Origin: Octopus vulgaris
Taxonomy: Eukaryota
Reading direction: 5' to 3'
DNA: 64,000 nucleotides
Assembly: GCA_951406725.2 (NCBI GenBank)
Contig: OX597822.1
Coordinates: 9,362,001-9,426,000, forward strand
This document shows, piece after piece, positions 1-11,839 of the stretch. The first letter of the stretch is position 1. The number at the start of each line of letters is the position of its first letter. A model generated the notes under the pieces. It worked only from the letters and a program-made list of their open reading frames with translations. It had not been told where the DNA came from and did not search any database. A program made the translations under genes and the position numbers.

Positions 1-609
1 TAGTTCCCTTCTTTCATATCCTTTTTATGAACAATTTCTGCCTTGCATTGTAATTTGCTTAACATTTCGGATGTCTCTATTAATTTCTTACATATTCTTG
101 TATTCTTATATTCTTATTCCCCTCAACATTCCCTAATTCTCTGCTTCGTTTTTGTTACAACCCACCCTGTTCCTGCTCTTACTTTGAATTTTCTTCCTAC
201 ATTTATCAAACATATTACATTCTATACACACACATACACACGCACATATAAAGTGCGGAAGAAGGGAAAATAAGAAAAGAAAACAAATAAATCGACAGAT
301 TTGTCGAGATATCTTACACAACAAATAGAAGCGACAGTTGTTACGAAGAAAATAACATAAATTTATGTCTTTAACAAATGGCTGCTGAGTCCTCGCCATA
401 AGATCATGTACAGAGAAAGAGAGCAAAGAACGAAAGGGGGTTAGATGTAGACAGGAGAAGAGAGAGGTGAGGAGAGAGAGAGAAGGAGTCGAGTATTTAT
501 TTCGTATCAACTAAGAAACCAATTTTTAAACAGCAATAATGAAAGTCTGTTGAGTGATTCATTAAACGTCAGACGCGAAAGGAAGTAGGTTTAACGAAAC
601 GTTTTATCT

Positions 610-1300
<691 letters not shown>

Positions 1301-1441
1301 ACACACACACACACAACCTCACACGCACACAAACTCACACATATACAGACACACGCACACACATATACGTTATGTATACATATATATATATATACATACG
1401 TATATATATATATATATATATATATACATGCACATATATAT

Positions 1442-1535
<94 letters not shown>

Positions 1536-1670
1536 AGATGTACTCGCATAGCAAGTGATTTGATCTGAGATCGTGTGCTGGAACGAAAAGAATTGCAGCG
1601 TGGAAGGTGTTTGCAAGCCATTTAAGAAACACACAAAAGCAGTTCGATTCACTTCAACATTTAAGTTTAA

Positions 1671-1720
1671 TTTGTCAAAATATTTTCGTCGCTAAAATCC
1701 GCGACCTGTTCACTGACGAA
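1671..1720 (-). ncRNA. Minimal type I hammerhead ribozyme, G3-C8 core variant, in a short interspersed unit (~1533-1731)
   Basis: Minus strand: GUCA-GUGAACA-G-GUCGC(GGAUUUUA)GCGAC-GAAA-AUAUU-U/UGAC; stem I GUCA/UGAC, palindromic AAAAUAUUUU around stem III. Confidence 0.65.
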
Positions 1721-1818
1721 AATCCGTGCTGCATATATATGTATATATACATATATATTGTTTTTAGAAATACATAAATCCGGAGAAGTACGTTCTATGA
1801 TGTAGAGCCGTTGATATT

Positions 1819-2013
1819 ATAGTGGGGTAGGTCGGTTCATGAGTTACCCTCGGTTTCTCACTCATAAGGGGTTTAGCCTTACGGCGTATCTTCAGACACC
1901 AAACACTGTTGGCCTGAGACTTCTTTCCTCATGCCAGCAGTGTTTGGGGTCTGAAGCTACGCTATGAGCGAGAAACCCAAGGTAAAACCCCATAAACAGG
2001 CCTACCCCACTAT
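1819..2013. repeat. ~195-bp imperfect palindrome with degenerate hammerhead-like motif in each arm
   Basis: Arms atagtggggtagg...ggcctgag / ctcatgcc...cctaccccactat; CTGAAG(A/C)...GAAACC-NNN-GGTA in both arms. Confidence 0.75.
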
Positions 2014-2341
2014 TGTATATATATATATAAATATAGCGTATAGACATATATACTGGTGGCAATCTTACCCCGAATCTGGAGATTTGTGTCGACCCTACAG
2101 AGGCGTCTCCGGTGTTAAAGCCGAAACCGAGGACCGTTTACAGTCGCTGTCAGTATGTATGTTTACCATTTTGTGCGTTGACAGCAGCATCAGATCACTT
2201 AAGCTATTATTTCTAGTATTGTAGGCGTTCAAACACCCTTCGTCATATTTAATGACGATTATAAATTTCTCTTTTGGTCATGCATTGCTAAACCGCTGCC
2301 TGATTTAATTATATATATATTTTTTTTTATCATTGTTTTAT

Positions 2342-2553
2342 TTGTTTACTTGTTTCATGTCGGTTGACAGCGGCCATGCTGGAGCACCCCTTTTAGTCGC
2401 AGAAATCGATCCCAGGATTTATTCTTTGTAAGCATAGTACTTACTCTATCATTTTTTTGCCGAACCGCTAGGTTGCGGGGACGTAAACACACCGACATTG
2501 GTCGTCAAGCGATGGTGGGGGACAAACACAGACTCATAAGCACACACACACAA

Positions 2554-2643
<90 letters not shown>

Positions 2644-2889
2644 GTGTGGCATCGTCCGTTTTTCTGTCCCTGTTTCGTATACATTCGATCCTTCTTCCAA
2701 GAATCTAATGCACGTAGCTTAGTTTTCCTTGGGGCTGGCCGGATCGGAGCGATCTCAAGATTAATCAGCCGAAATTGCTAGGATGATCCGGTTCTTGACT
2801 GAAGATTGAAGGCTTCGAATGTCCCGTCAGTGTTTTTGGTATCGTCTTCTAAATGTTTTACGTTCTTGTCCCAGTTTGTATTTTTCTAC

Positions 2890-2945
<56 letters not shown>

Positions 2946-3108
2946 CACACACACACATAAAATGGGCTTCTTTCAGTTTCCGTCTACCAAATCCACTCTC
3001 TAGGCTTTGGTCGCTCCGAGGCAATAGTAGAAGACACTTGCCCAAGGTCTAAATCTGAAACCATATGGTTGGGAAGCAAGCTTCTTATCATACAGCCACG
3101 CCTGCGCT
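2342..3108 (-). mobile_element. tRNA-derived SINE family A, interrupted by an unrelated ~250-bp segment (2641-2890)
   Basis: Matches full copies at 7675-8083 and 26559-27006. Confidence 0.85.
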
Positions 3109-3140
<32 letters not shown>

Positions 3141-3211
3141 CATACATACATACATACATACACACACATACATACACACACACACACACACGCACACACA
3201 TATATATATAT

Positions 3212-3555
3212 GACCTGGGTAATAACCTTATAGCGTGCTTTCCAAAGCTCCTCTCCGGTATCACCTATCAAATGTTATTAAACAGTACCACTTCTGTTAT
3301 AGGATATACATGTTGAAATACTCATAAATCTAATATTTTCCTATCCTTCCTTAATACCGGTTCCCATATGCTGTTCATATCTGCACTCAATCTGCTCAGG
3401 AGATTGTTGTGTCCTAGCATATGTGCTGCTTCTTTTAGTTTTCGTATTTTCCAGTGGTGTTCTCTGTCTATTATTTTAACTTCATCCCACAGGAGGAGGT
3501 GGTCTCCATTTTTTCATACATGTTCAGCTATACCCTATTTATCAATATCTTCCCA
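3212..3555 (-). mobile_element. Penelope-like element, GIY-YIG C-terminal fragment plus 3' region
   Basis: Minus translation GIAEHV*KNGDHLLLWDEVKIIDREHHWKIRKLKEAAHM...IWEPVL. Confidence 0.75.
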
Positions 3556-3857
3556 TATTAACAACAAATAAGATGAGAACAAATATCCGTCAATTGTAAA
3601 TAATGTAATTAATGTAGATAATTCCTCATCTCTTAAATAGAGAACTGTATAAAATTATTACTTTTATATTATGTAACATATATATATATATATATATGAT
3701 TCAACAATTATATTGATAGAATATTGCGTATATTATATGTAACATTCAGTTAGTAATGATGCGTTGAAGCTATTGTAGTGATATGTAATAAAGCTTATTC
3801 AATTCTTCTTCTCCTAGTATTCTACCATTGGTATTCGAGTATATATATATATATATA

Positions 3858-4143
3858 CTATTATGTCTGGGGAGAGTCATTTTCTTTTTGTGCCTTATAA
3901 TTTGACACACTCACCGGTAAAATTTCCACGTTTTTCTTATTTTTATTGTCCTAAAAATTTTCGTTGCGTCTTGCAACATTTTCAATAGTTTTGACTCTAT
4001 TGAGAGTCAAAACTACTGAAAAGGTTGCAAGACGCAACGAAAATTTTTAGGACAATAAAAATAAGAAAAACGTGGAAATTTTACCGGTGAGTGTGCTACA
4101 TAATAAGGCAGAGAAAGAAAACGACTCTCCCCAGACACAATAG
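3858..4143. repeat. ~286-bp near-perfect palindrome carrying two oppositely oriented hammerhead-like cores
   Basis: Centre ttgactct-attg-agagtcaa (loop 3999-4002); arms complementary to the ends; (T/C)TGAAAA-N-GTTGC-AAGAC-GCAAC-GAAA in each arm. Confidence 0.9.
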
Positions 4144-4207
4144 AATATGCTTCAACACACGAACTCATATAAAGAATCTTGCAAACCAAATCCCAAAACG
4201 AAATATA

Positions 4208-4280
<73 letters not shown>

Positions 4281-4282
4281 GT

Positions 4283-4371
4283 AATCCACTCACAAGGCTT
4301 TGGTCAGCCAAAGGCTATAGTGCATTTGCCCAAGGTACCACGCAGTGGGACTGAATCCGGAACCATGTGGC
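4283..4371 (-). mobile_element. SINE family A fragment
   Basis: aatccactcacaaggc...gggactgaatccggaaccatgtgg. Confidence 0.8.
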
Positions 4372-4636
4372 AAGAAAAAAAGCAGAATCTCCACTGTGAA
4401 TAAATGTCAGTCATGTGTTATGGTTTCTGTTTTTTTTTTTTTATAAAATTGCGGCAACAAATAGGTGTGCCAGAAATTGGGAAATAGGCATATTTTGAAA
4501 CGCAACTGGTAGACACTTTTTTACGGTTTTCTCGGTTCTCAACACATACACACGCATACATATATACATACATACATACATACACATACATTGCACACGT
4601 AATTATATAAAAACAATATACGTGTGTGTATGTGCA

Positions 4637-4672
<36 letters not shown>

Positions 4673-4877
4673 TGTGTGTGTGTGTGTGTAATGCCAAGTA
4701 TTTGACAGCTTAAGCATAAATGCCTGACAGTGTTCTGCTTTGTTATTGGGGATTCTTGAGTTCAAATCCCCCAAGTGTCCTACGTTGCTTTTCATCTCTC
4801 TGAAGTCGTTAACTGTTGTAGCAATAATATTGCTGATGCTAATCTAGTCCATTGTAAGAGAAACTTCCGTTTCGCGA

Positions 4878-5217
4878 CCGTTGCCAGCGCCGCCCCGACT
4901 GGCCTCGTGCCGATGGCACGTAAAAAACACCATCCGTTCCTGTCCGTTGCCAGCCTCGCCTGGCCCTCGTGCTGGTGGCACATAAAAAGCACCATTGTTC
5001 GTGGCCGTTTGCCAGCTCTGTCTGGCACCTGTGCGGGTGGCACGTAAAAAGCACCCACTACACTCACGGAGTGGTTGGCGTTAGGAAGGGCATCCAGCCG
5101 TAGAAACACTGCCAGATTTGACTGGGCCTGATGAAGCCTTCTGGCTTCACAGACCCCAGTAGAACCGTCCAACCCATGCTAGCATGGAAAACGGACGCTA
5201 AACGATGATGATGATGA

Positions 5218-5220
<3 letters not shown>
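4878..5220 (+). mobile_element. Retroposon 3' portion (probably RTE-related) ending in (GAT)n
   Basis: Three gtgc..tggcac.taaaaa.cacc repeats, ggcgttaggaagggcatccagccgtagaaac, then (gat)n tail. Confidence 0.6.
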
Positions 5221-5294
<74 letters not shown>

Positions 5295-5366
5295 TATATA
5301 TATATACATAAAAATACATATATATACATACTTATATATACATACATATATATATATATATGTATA

Positions 5367-5399
<33 letters not shown>

Positions 5400-5482
5400 A
5401 TATACACACGCACAAACACGCACAGATCACATTGTCCTGTACTGTACCAATATGAAAAATAATGATTATAGAAATTTCAAAT

Positions 5483-5610
5483 GTTGGTATAAGGCCAGCA
5501 TTTTCGAGGAAGGGAGTCGATCGATTACCTGGATCCCAGTGCTTACCTGGTTCTTATTTTATTGGCCCCGAAAGGATGAAAGGCAAAATCGACCTCGGCA
5601 GAACTTGGGA
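5483..5610 (-). mobile_element. SINE family B fragment
   Basis: ccccgaaaggatgaaaggcaaaatcgacctcggcag. Confidence 0.75.
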
Positions 5611-5739
5611 GTTAATATTACTTTATATATGGTTGATACAAAACGAAAGATATCCCTGTATAATAAGGCAAGTATGCGAGACATCGTAAATTAGGTAAAT
5701 TTGCCAGATGAGAGGGGAAGAGTGTGCGACAAAAAGAAG

Positions 5740-6000
5740 ACACTGAGGTTAAGCAAATCAATGCTCATAGGTAGCTGAGCGAATGAATCTATAGTGGTTA
5801 TTATTGTGGACAGTTGAACCAACCACGTTGTGAATCTTCTGTGATGTACCCAATCTTAAACTATGGTCTGGAGTGACACTGTTAACCTGAGAATGTAGTC
5901 TGCACGTCGTTTGAACGTAATATACCAGCATTGAAAGCATCATTTGCAAAAATAGTTCTGGCTGCATGGTAAGTTTTTGACAGCTTTGTTAATGCACTAA
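5740..6000 (-). pseudogene. Decayed kinase relic (subdomains VIa-VIII)
   Basis: AARTIF/QMMLS, DHSLRLG, VVGST in order. Confidence 0.35.
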
Positions 6001-6214
6001 AATGACAATGTATCTATCATTATGAATTCATATGAATGCATACGAATGCATTGGGAATCAACAGTATGGAAAATGGTTGTGAATTCTGAGGAGTCGCTCG
6101 GATTCCGAAACTACGGTGTAAAAACAAACAAAAATAGAATGCCTAATCTAATACGTTGGTTTGACTCAACAAAGCTATCCTTGTTGCCGTGCTGATGGTG
6201 TTGTGTGTAGGGGA

Positions 6215-6440
6215 AATTAGATAAGGTGGTGAGCTAAAAGAATCGTTAGAAAGCCGGGGAAAATGCTTCGCAGCATTTCGTCCGGTTTTACGTTGTGTTC
6301 AAATACCGCTGAGATTGGCTTTGCTTTCATTATCCCGATGTCGACTAAATATATACCGATTGAGCACTGGGGTCGATCTAATCGACCTAGCCCTTGCCCC
6401 GAAAATGCTGGCCTTGTGACAAAATTTGAAACCAATATCA
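6215..6440 (-). mobile_element. SINE family B, diverged
   Basis: Orientation should be read as matching the family-B head aaggtggtgagct...gttcaaataccgctgag...cactggggtcgat; sequence similarity to 30725-30935. Confidence 0.7.
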
Positions 6441-6449
6441 AAAAGTAGA

Positions 6450-6830
6450 GAGATGAAAGGATGTACCAAAAGTATGAGAATTACGGAATCGTGTGAGATA
6501 CAAGAATAGCTTTGTACAATATAACCGGTGAAGGTGAGATGTCGTAGGCTTATATCCAAATTTACAATGATTTACCTGGCTAGCATTAAACTTAGGAAGC
6601 ATAGCAAAGTAGAGAATATATTATAGCTGATATGACAAATGGATATGTGACAACGATTAAAGTTGAGAACAGGGCCTCAGCAAGGAGAAAAAGGGAATAA
6701 TTGCATCATGGTTTGTTAAGGCAAGCCAGGAAACTGGGTGGAGCAATGCAGTAAGATACGGGTAGAGAAAACCTGGGTGTTCCCAGGCAACATCAGTGTT
6801 ACTTCGAACGGGTGGATGGAGTGTTAATGT
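6450..6830 (+). pseudogene. Decayed kinase relic
   Basis: IYL, HSKVENIL, IKVENRASAR, ASQE, NLGV, NGWM in kinase order. Confidence 0.35.
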
Positions 6831-6941
6831 CGGAAGGTAATGAAATCGTTGCAGTTTCCAGTCAACGGCAGCTGAATTGATTGTCTTTCAGTGCAATATA
6901 TGCATATATACACATGTGTGAGCCTGAATGTATAGATAGGA

Positions 6942-7015
<74 letters not shown>

Positions 7016-7016
7016 G

Positions 7017-7099
<83 letters not shown>

Positions 7100-7101
<2 letters not shown>

Positions 7102-7652
7102 CAAAATTTAGGAACGGCCATAATAGGCCATTCAACCCACTAGAAATAACAGCCAAAGCTTCAACCGCAAAACAATATTAATTCCGTAAACCAGGAGAAA
7201 ATTTAAAAAAACATTTACCCTGTAATACTTTATACGATGCATCGTTTCGTCTATTCTTTAATGGTAAATCAACCTGATTAAATTAAATCAAGCTAATCTT
7301 CCATAGGCCGGTAGATTCATCAGTAAAGTCAGCCAGATCGGGGCAGATATTTTCACGAGGCAGTTCCACTACTGTCTCGGCAATATCTGACCTAAAATGT
7401 TCAAATCATCGCACTCGCGCCAAATTTATCGGCAGCAAATATAAGCTGCTGATTCCATTACGGAATTAAACAGAAAATTCATAATTAATCAATATAGGGT
7501 GGCAAAAAATTTCTGAATGGCCTATTATGGCCGTTCCTAAATTTTGCTGTTGAATTTATAAATGGTCTATGACTATATACTTTTTTCCCACTAGGCCGCT
7601 GGTGGCAAAAAAATTCTGCGAAATTTTTTGCCACCCTATATTGATTAATTAT
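7100..7652 (-). mobile_element. Non-coding PLE-like/retrozyme-like unit with nested inverted duplications
   Basis: 7100-7134 inverted at 7514-7548; 7481-7513 inverted at 7620-7652; contains a hammerhead and further hairpins; flanked by (TA)n. Confidence 0.65.
7227..7329 (-). ncRNA. Type I hammerhead ribozyme with long stem II extension
   Basis: ACUUUA-CUGAUGA-AUCUA...UAGAC-GAAA-CGAUGCAUCG-UA/UAAAGU; 6-bp stem I, palindromic stem III. Confidence 0.8.
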
Positions 7653-7674
7653 AAATAAATATATATATATATAT

Positions 7675-8083
7675 ACTCTTTTATTTGTTCCAGTCATTTG
7701 ACTGCAGCCATGCTGGAGCACCAGCTTTAGTCGAGCAAATCGACCCCGGGACTTATTCTTTGTAAGCCCAGTACTTATTCTATCGGTCTCTTTTGCCGAG
7801 CCGCTAAGTGACGGGGGACGTAAACACACCAGCATCGGTTGTTAAGCAATGCTAGGGGGACAAACACAGACACACAAACATATACACACACACTTATATA
7901 TATATATATACATATATATACGACAGGCTTCTTTCAGTTTCCGTCTACCAAATCCACTCACAAGGCATTGGTCGGCCCGGGGCTATAGCAGAAGACACTT
8001 GCCCAAGATGCCACGCAGTGGGACTGAACCCGGAACCATGTGGCTGGTTAGCAAGCTACTTACCACACAGCCACTCCTGCGCC
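7675..8083 (-). mobile_element. SINE family A, full length
   Basis: tRNA-like head (A box tggctgtgtgg, B box ggttcagtcc), internal TA/TG tract, aaaagagt-type tail. Confidence 0.95.
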
Positions 8084-8368
8084 TATATATATATATATGC
8101 TTATCAATATAGAATTTCATTATAGGAACAACTCTTTTGGGAAACGATCGTAAGATGCTTAAATAATTAAACTATCAAATTTATTTTATACATTATATTT
8201 ATAACGTAAGGGGTATCAGCCATCTGAATGTGGCTAGGCACTGGGGGAGGTGTTACTGATGCTTTTAGCCCCAGGTGATCAACGTCACCAGAAGGACTTT
8301 AGACACTATCTCAGTGACCTTGTTTGTTTGTAAAGGGAGGTCATCCTCCCTCGAAGATCCGGGTACTA

Positions 8369-8413
8369 CATACGGACTATAGTTTCGAGGTCATTGCCTC
8401 TTGTCAACGTATG
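8369..8413 (-). ncRNA. Type I hammerhead ribozyme, U3-A8 core variant, in a PLE-like terminal unit (~8190-8450)
   Basis: CAUACG-UUGACAA-GAGG(CAAUGA)CCUC-GAAA-CUAUAG-UC/CGUAUG; all stems perfect, GUC triplet. Confidence 0.88.
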
Positions 8414-8676
8414 GTAAGCACCGGTCCTCGATGAAGGATTCCTTTTACAAACAATATATAATGTTTTTCACAGTAACCACTGTCACTGATGTAGAAAAAC
8501 TGTCTGAAAACAATAATAAATCTCGTTCAGAGATTTATTATTATTATATTTATATTTTTATATTAATTTATTTATATACATTTTTATTACAATATGTTTT
8601 TTCACATGGGTATATCTTTATGATGAGTTTGGATATCAATTTCCTTATATTAATGATAATAATATATATGTATATA

Positions 8677-8716
<40 letters not shown>

Positions 8717-8880
8717 GGTTTTCGTTTATTTACTACTCCGATTTTGCGTATGTGAATCGCAGGGTTATGTCGTATATGGAGCCCCCACTTGTAGAAAATG
8801 GAAATAAACAGTCTCTGACTGCCATTTCTAATTCTTTCGGTATGCGGCAGAGCAACCTGTTGCCTGCCCTTTTACTTATA

Positions 8881-9393
8881 TCTATATATATAAAACTGTA
8901 GTTGTGTGAGTGTCTGTTCCCTTCGATTCAGATTCCTAACTACTCCCACATTTTGTGGTGCAGTTTAACCACATTCGGGTATCTTATAGTCGTGATTCAT
9001 ATCGAGCCCGTCTGAGTATTAGCGCGCGTCTACAATGAGTCTACGATTTTAAAAATAATTTAACATCATTTTTTATTCCATTTTAATGCATAATTTTTCG
9101 TGTGTCGATGGCGGCGGAGTTGGCGTCCATGGTCACACCTGCACCTGTTTGCTTCTCCCTCTTCTTCCCTCCCTCGTGAAGCTGTGGGGAAGGGAGTGTA
9201 AGGAAATCAACGTCGTAAAGCGTTGTCAAGGAGACCAGCGTTCTTTTAGAACAATGACTCCATGGCTTGAAGACACCAAAACAGAAATGGCTAAGAAAGC
9301 CCGAATTGGCATCTATAAGGGAAGTAACTCTCTAAAAATGCTTATATAGTTATTTCCCTTACAAACCCGAGCAACGCCGGGCGATACTGCTAG
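8881..9393 (+). mobile_element. Non-autonomous Helitron
   Basis: 5' TC, 3' CTAG, subterminal hairpin cccgagcaacgccggg, inserted between A and T; three copies in window. Confidence 0.85.
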
Positions 9394-9396
9394 TAC

Positions 9397-9453
<57 letters not shown>

Positions 9454-9719
9454 GTATGTATGTATATATATGTATATATATATGTATGTATATATACGCA
9501 CATATGTGTATGTATGTGTGTGTGTTTATGTGTGTGTGTGTGTGCGTGTGTGTGTTTGTGTTCTGTGTTTGTGTATACACTACACGCAAACGGACTGAGC
9601 TCATTTGACAAAAACAGTTATTTTTGAAATTTAACTATAAGTAGCGTCCATTACTTTATCTCGGCGCATTGGGATGGATATATGTCAATACACGTGCGTG
9701 CATAAGTATGAAAGATTGA

Positions 9720-9796
<77 letters not shown>

Positions 9797-9845
9797 CGTG
9801 TGTACCTAAATACATACATATATGCACTCATGTACACGTATGTGT

Positions 9846-10210
9846 GGAGGCGCAATGGCCCAGTGGTTAGGGCAGCGGACTCGCGGTCGTAGGATCGCGG
9901 TTTCGATTCCCAGACCGGGCGTTGTGAGTGTTTATAGAGCGAAAACACCTGAAGCTCCACGAGGCTCCTGCAGGGGATGGTAGTGATCCCTGCTGTACTC
10001 TTTCACCACAACTTTTTCTCACTCTTACTTCCTGTTTCTGTTGTACCTGTATTTCAAGGGGCCGGCCTTGTCTCTCTCTGTGTCACGCTGAATATCCCCG
10101 AGAACTACGTTAAGGGTACACGCGTCTGTGGAGTGCTCAGCTACTTACACGTTAATTTCACGCGCAGGCTGTTCCGCTGATTCGGATCAACCGGAAGCCT
10201 CGTCGTCTTA
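9846..10210 (+). mobile_element. tRNA-derived SINE family C
   Basis: ggcgcaatggcccagtggttagggc...ggtttcgattccc head; matches 32493-32860. Confidence 0.9.
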
Positions 10211-11595
10211 AAGAAACACGTATGTATGTGGCTATAAATACGAATGCATAATAATATGACAATAACAACACTAGAGTCTAGATAAAAGTTATTATTAATT
10301 TAACGCGCAGCCAAATAGAAGCGTCTTTAACATTTCGGAAAGAACGAGAAACAACCATAGAAAAAAAGAATAATGGGAAGAAAAAAATGAGATGAAAAAT
10401 CATAAAACGTGTAGAATCTTTTCAGCGCCATATTGAAATATACCAGAAGCAAGAAAATGGCTTCCGCTATATCAGATCGGAAGGAAACATAAGGTGTGTG
10501 TTTGTGCGTGTGTGATACGTATATACTTGTGCGTATGTTAAAACTGATCGAGTATGTGTGTGTGTGTGTGTGCTTGTAATTAGTTAATTAATTTTAGAGT
10601 AGTGTGTTGGATTTTAGACTCTTTTATCGTCGAGCGATGTGTGTTATGGTCTCGCGTGTTACGTGTTGTTGGTTGAATGCTTTGCATATTGTCTCAGCTT
10701 CGTTTTCGTTTATAGTTTGTGTAGTGCCTGTAATGGTTGTATAATTGACAGTCTTCATGGATGTAAATGTTGACGATGTGTGCGTTTTGGTTTTTTATGA
10801 ACGTTTGCATATCTCTTGACGTGCGTGCATAAGCATGCTTCGTTGTGTTGTGTAATTGTAAGCATATGTGTACGTCCATTCAGTGAATGTGTATGAGTTT
10901 CAAATGCAATTCATGTGCTAAGGTCGCGTCAATGTTAGAGTATTAGAATATGTGTATATTTACATTTTTAGTTTTGTGTATATGTATAATGGAGTTTTTG
11001 CGATGTTTGTGTATATATTTGAAGTAAATAGACTGTATTTATTTTTGAAAGAAAATTGTGTGCGCACATTCATTATTTTCTTTGTTCACGAGTGATTTTT
11101 AGTATGTCTTAGTGTGTTGCATATGTGCATTATGCATGAGTATGTATGCCACTGTACAATTCTTTGTGTATGTGTGTGTGTAAGTCTGTATATGTGTGTG
11201 AAATTTCAGCACACGTGCGATGGTCTTTTGAAATTGTGTGTATTCATATTGTTTAGTTTGTACGATTGGAGTTTCTGCAACGTGGTGTGCATAAGTATGC
11301 CGCGCGGTGTTTGAGTGTATTTTATGGTTTTACGTTGCACTTTCTGTATATGCACGCAGTGTGTATGTGTGTTGCATGATAGGTGAATGCATGTATGCGC
11401 TAGGTTATGTGTGTGTGTGTTTGCTTGTGTTTTTGTCCGTTGTTGTTTTTTTGTTTTTTGTTTTTTGTTCTGGAACATGCGCGTATATATTTTGTTCTCT
11501 TTAATGCGTGAATTTTGATATTTTGACAGTATGTGTTTGCATGTTGATATTTTTTGGTGTGTTTATGTGTAGTAGTGTGTGTTGCATTTATATGG

Positions 11596-11630
<35 letters not shown>

Positions 11631-11839
11631 TTGTGTGTGTGTGTGGTGTGATATACAGACATACACACACAATTCTTCGAACCATTTCACAAGCACTTCT
11701 TAAACTTTAAACGCACATGCGCATACATACTGAATACTTGCACACATGCATACATACTGCTATACAGCCGCACAATGACATGCGTAGTAGACATTTGAAA
11801 AACATAAATTATATTAAAACTCACCCTTCATTTGTCAAG

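Noticed and set aside
2095-2200. GCC-GAAAC hairpin and nearby CTGATG on the opposite strand
   Set aside because: Elements do not assemble into a hammerhead on either strand
3225-3272. Possible hammerhead downstream of the PLE fragment (minus)
   Set aside because: Stem II, GAAA and stem III are suggestive but the core and stem I do not fit
4878-5056. HDV-like ribozyme reading of the gccctcgtgc module
   Set aside because: No GG for P1.1 and no P4 or catalytic C strand in the right place
5128-5150. CTGATGA followed by AGCC/GGCT hairpin
   Set aside because: No GAAA, stem III or stem I; incomplete hammerhead
9846-9920. tRNA gene (also other SINE heads)
   Set aside because: Imperfect cloverleaf that continues into a multi-copy SINE body
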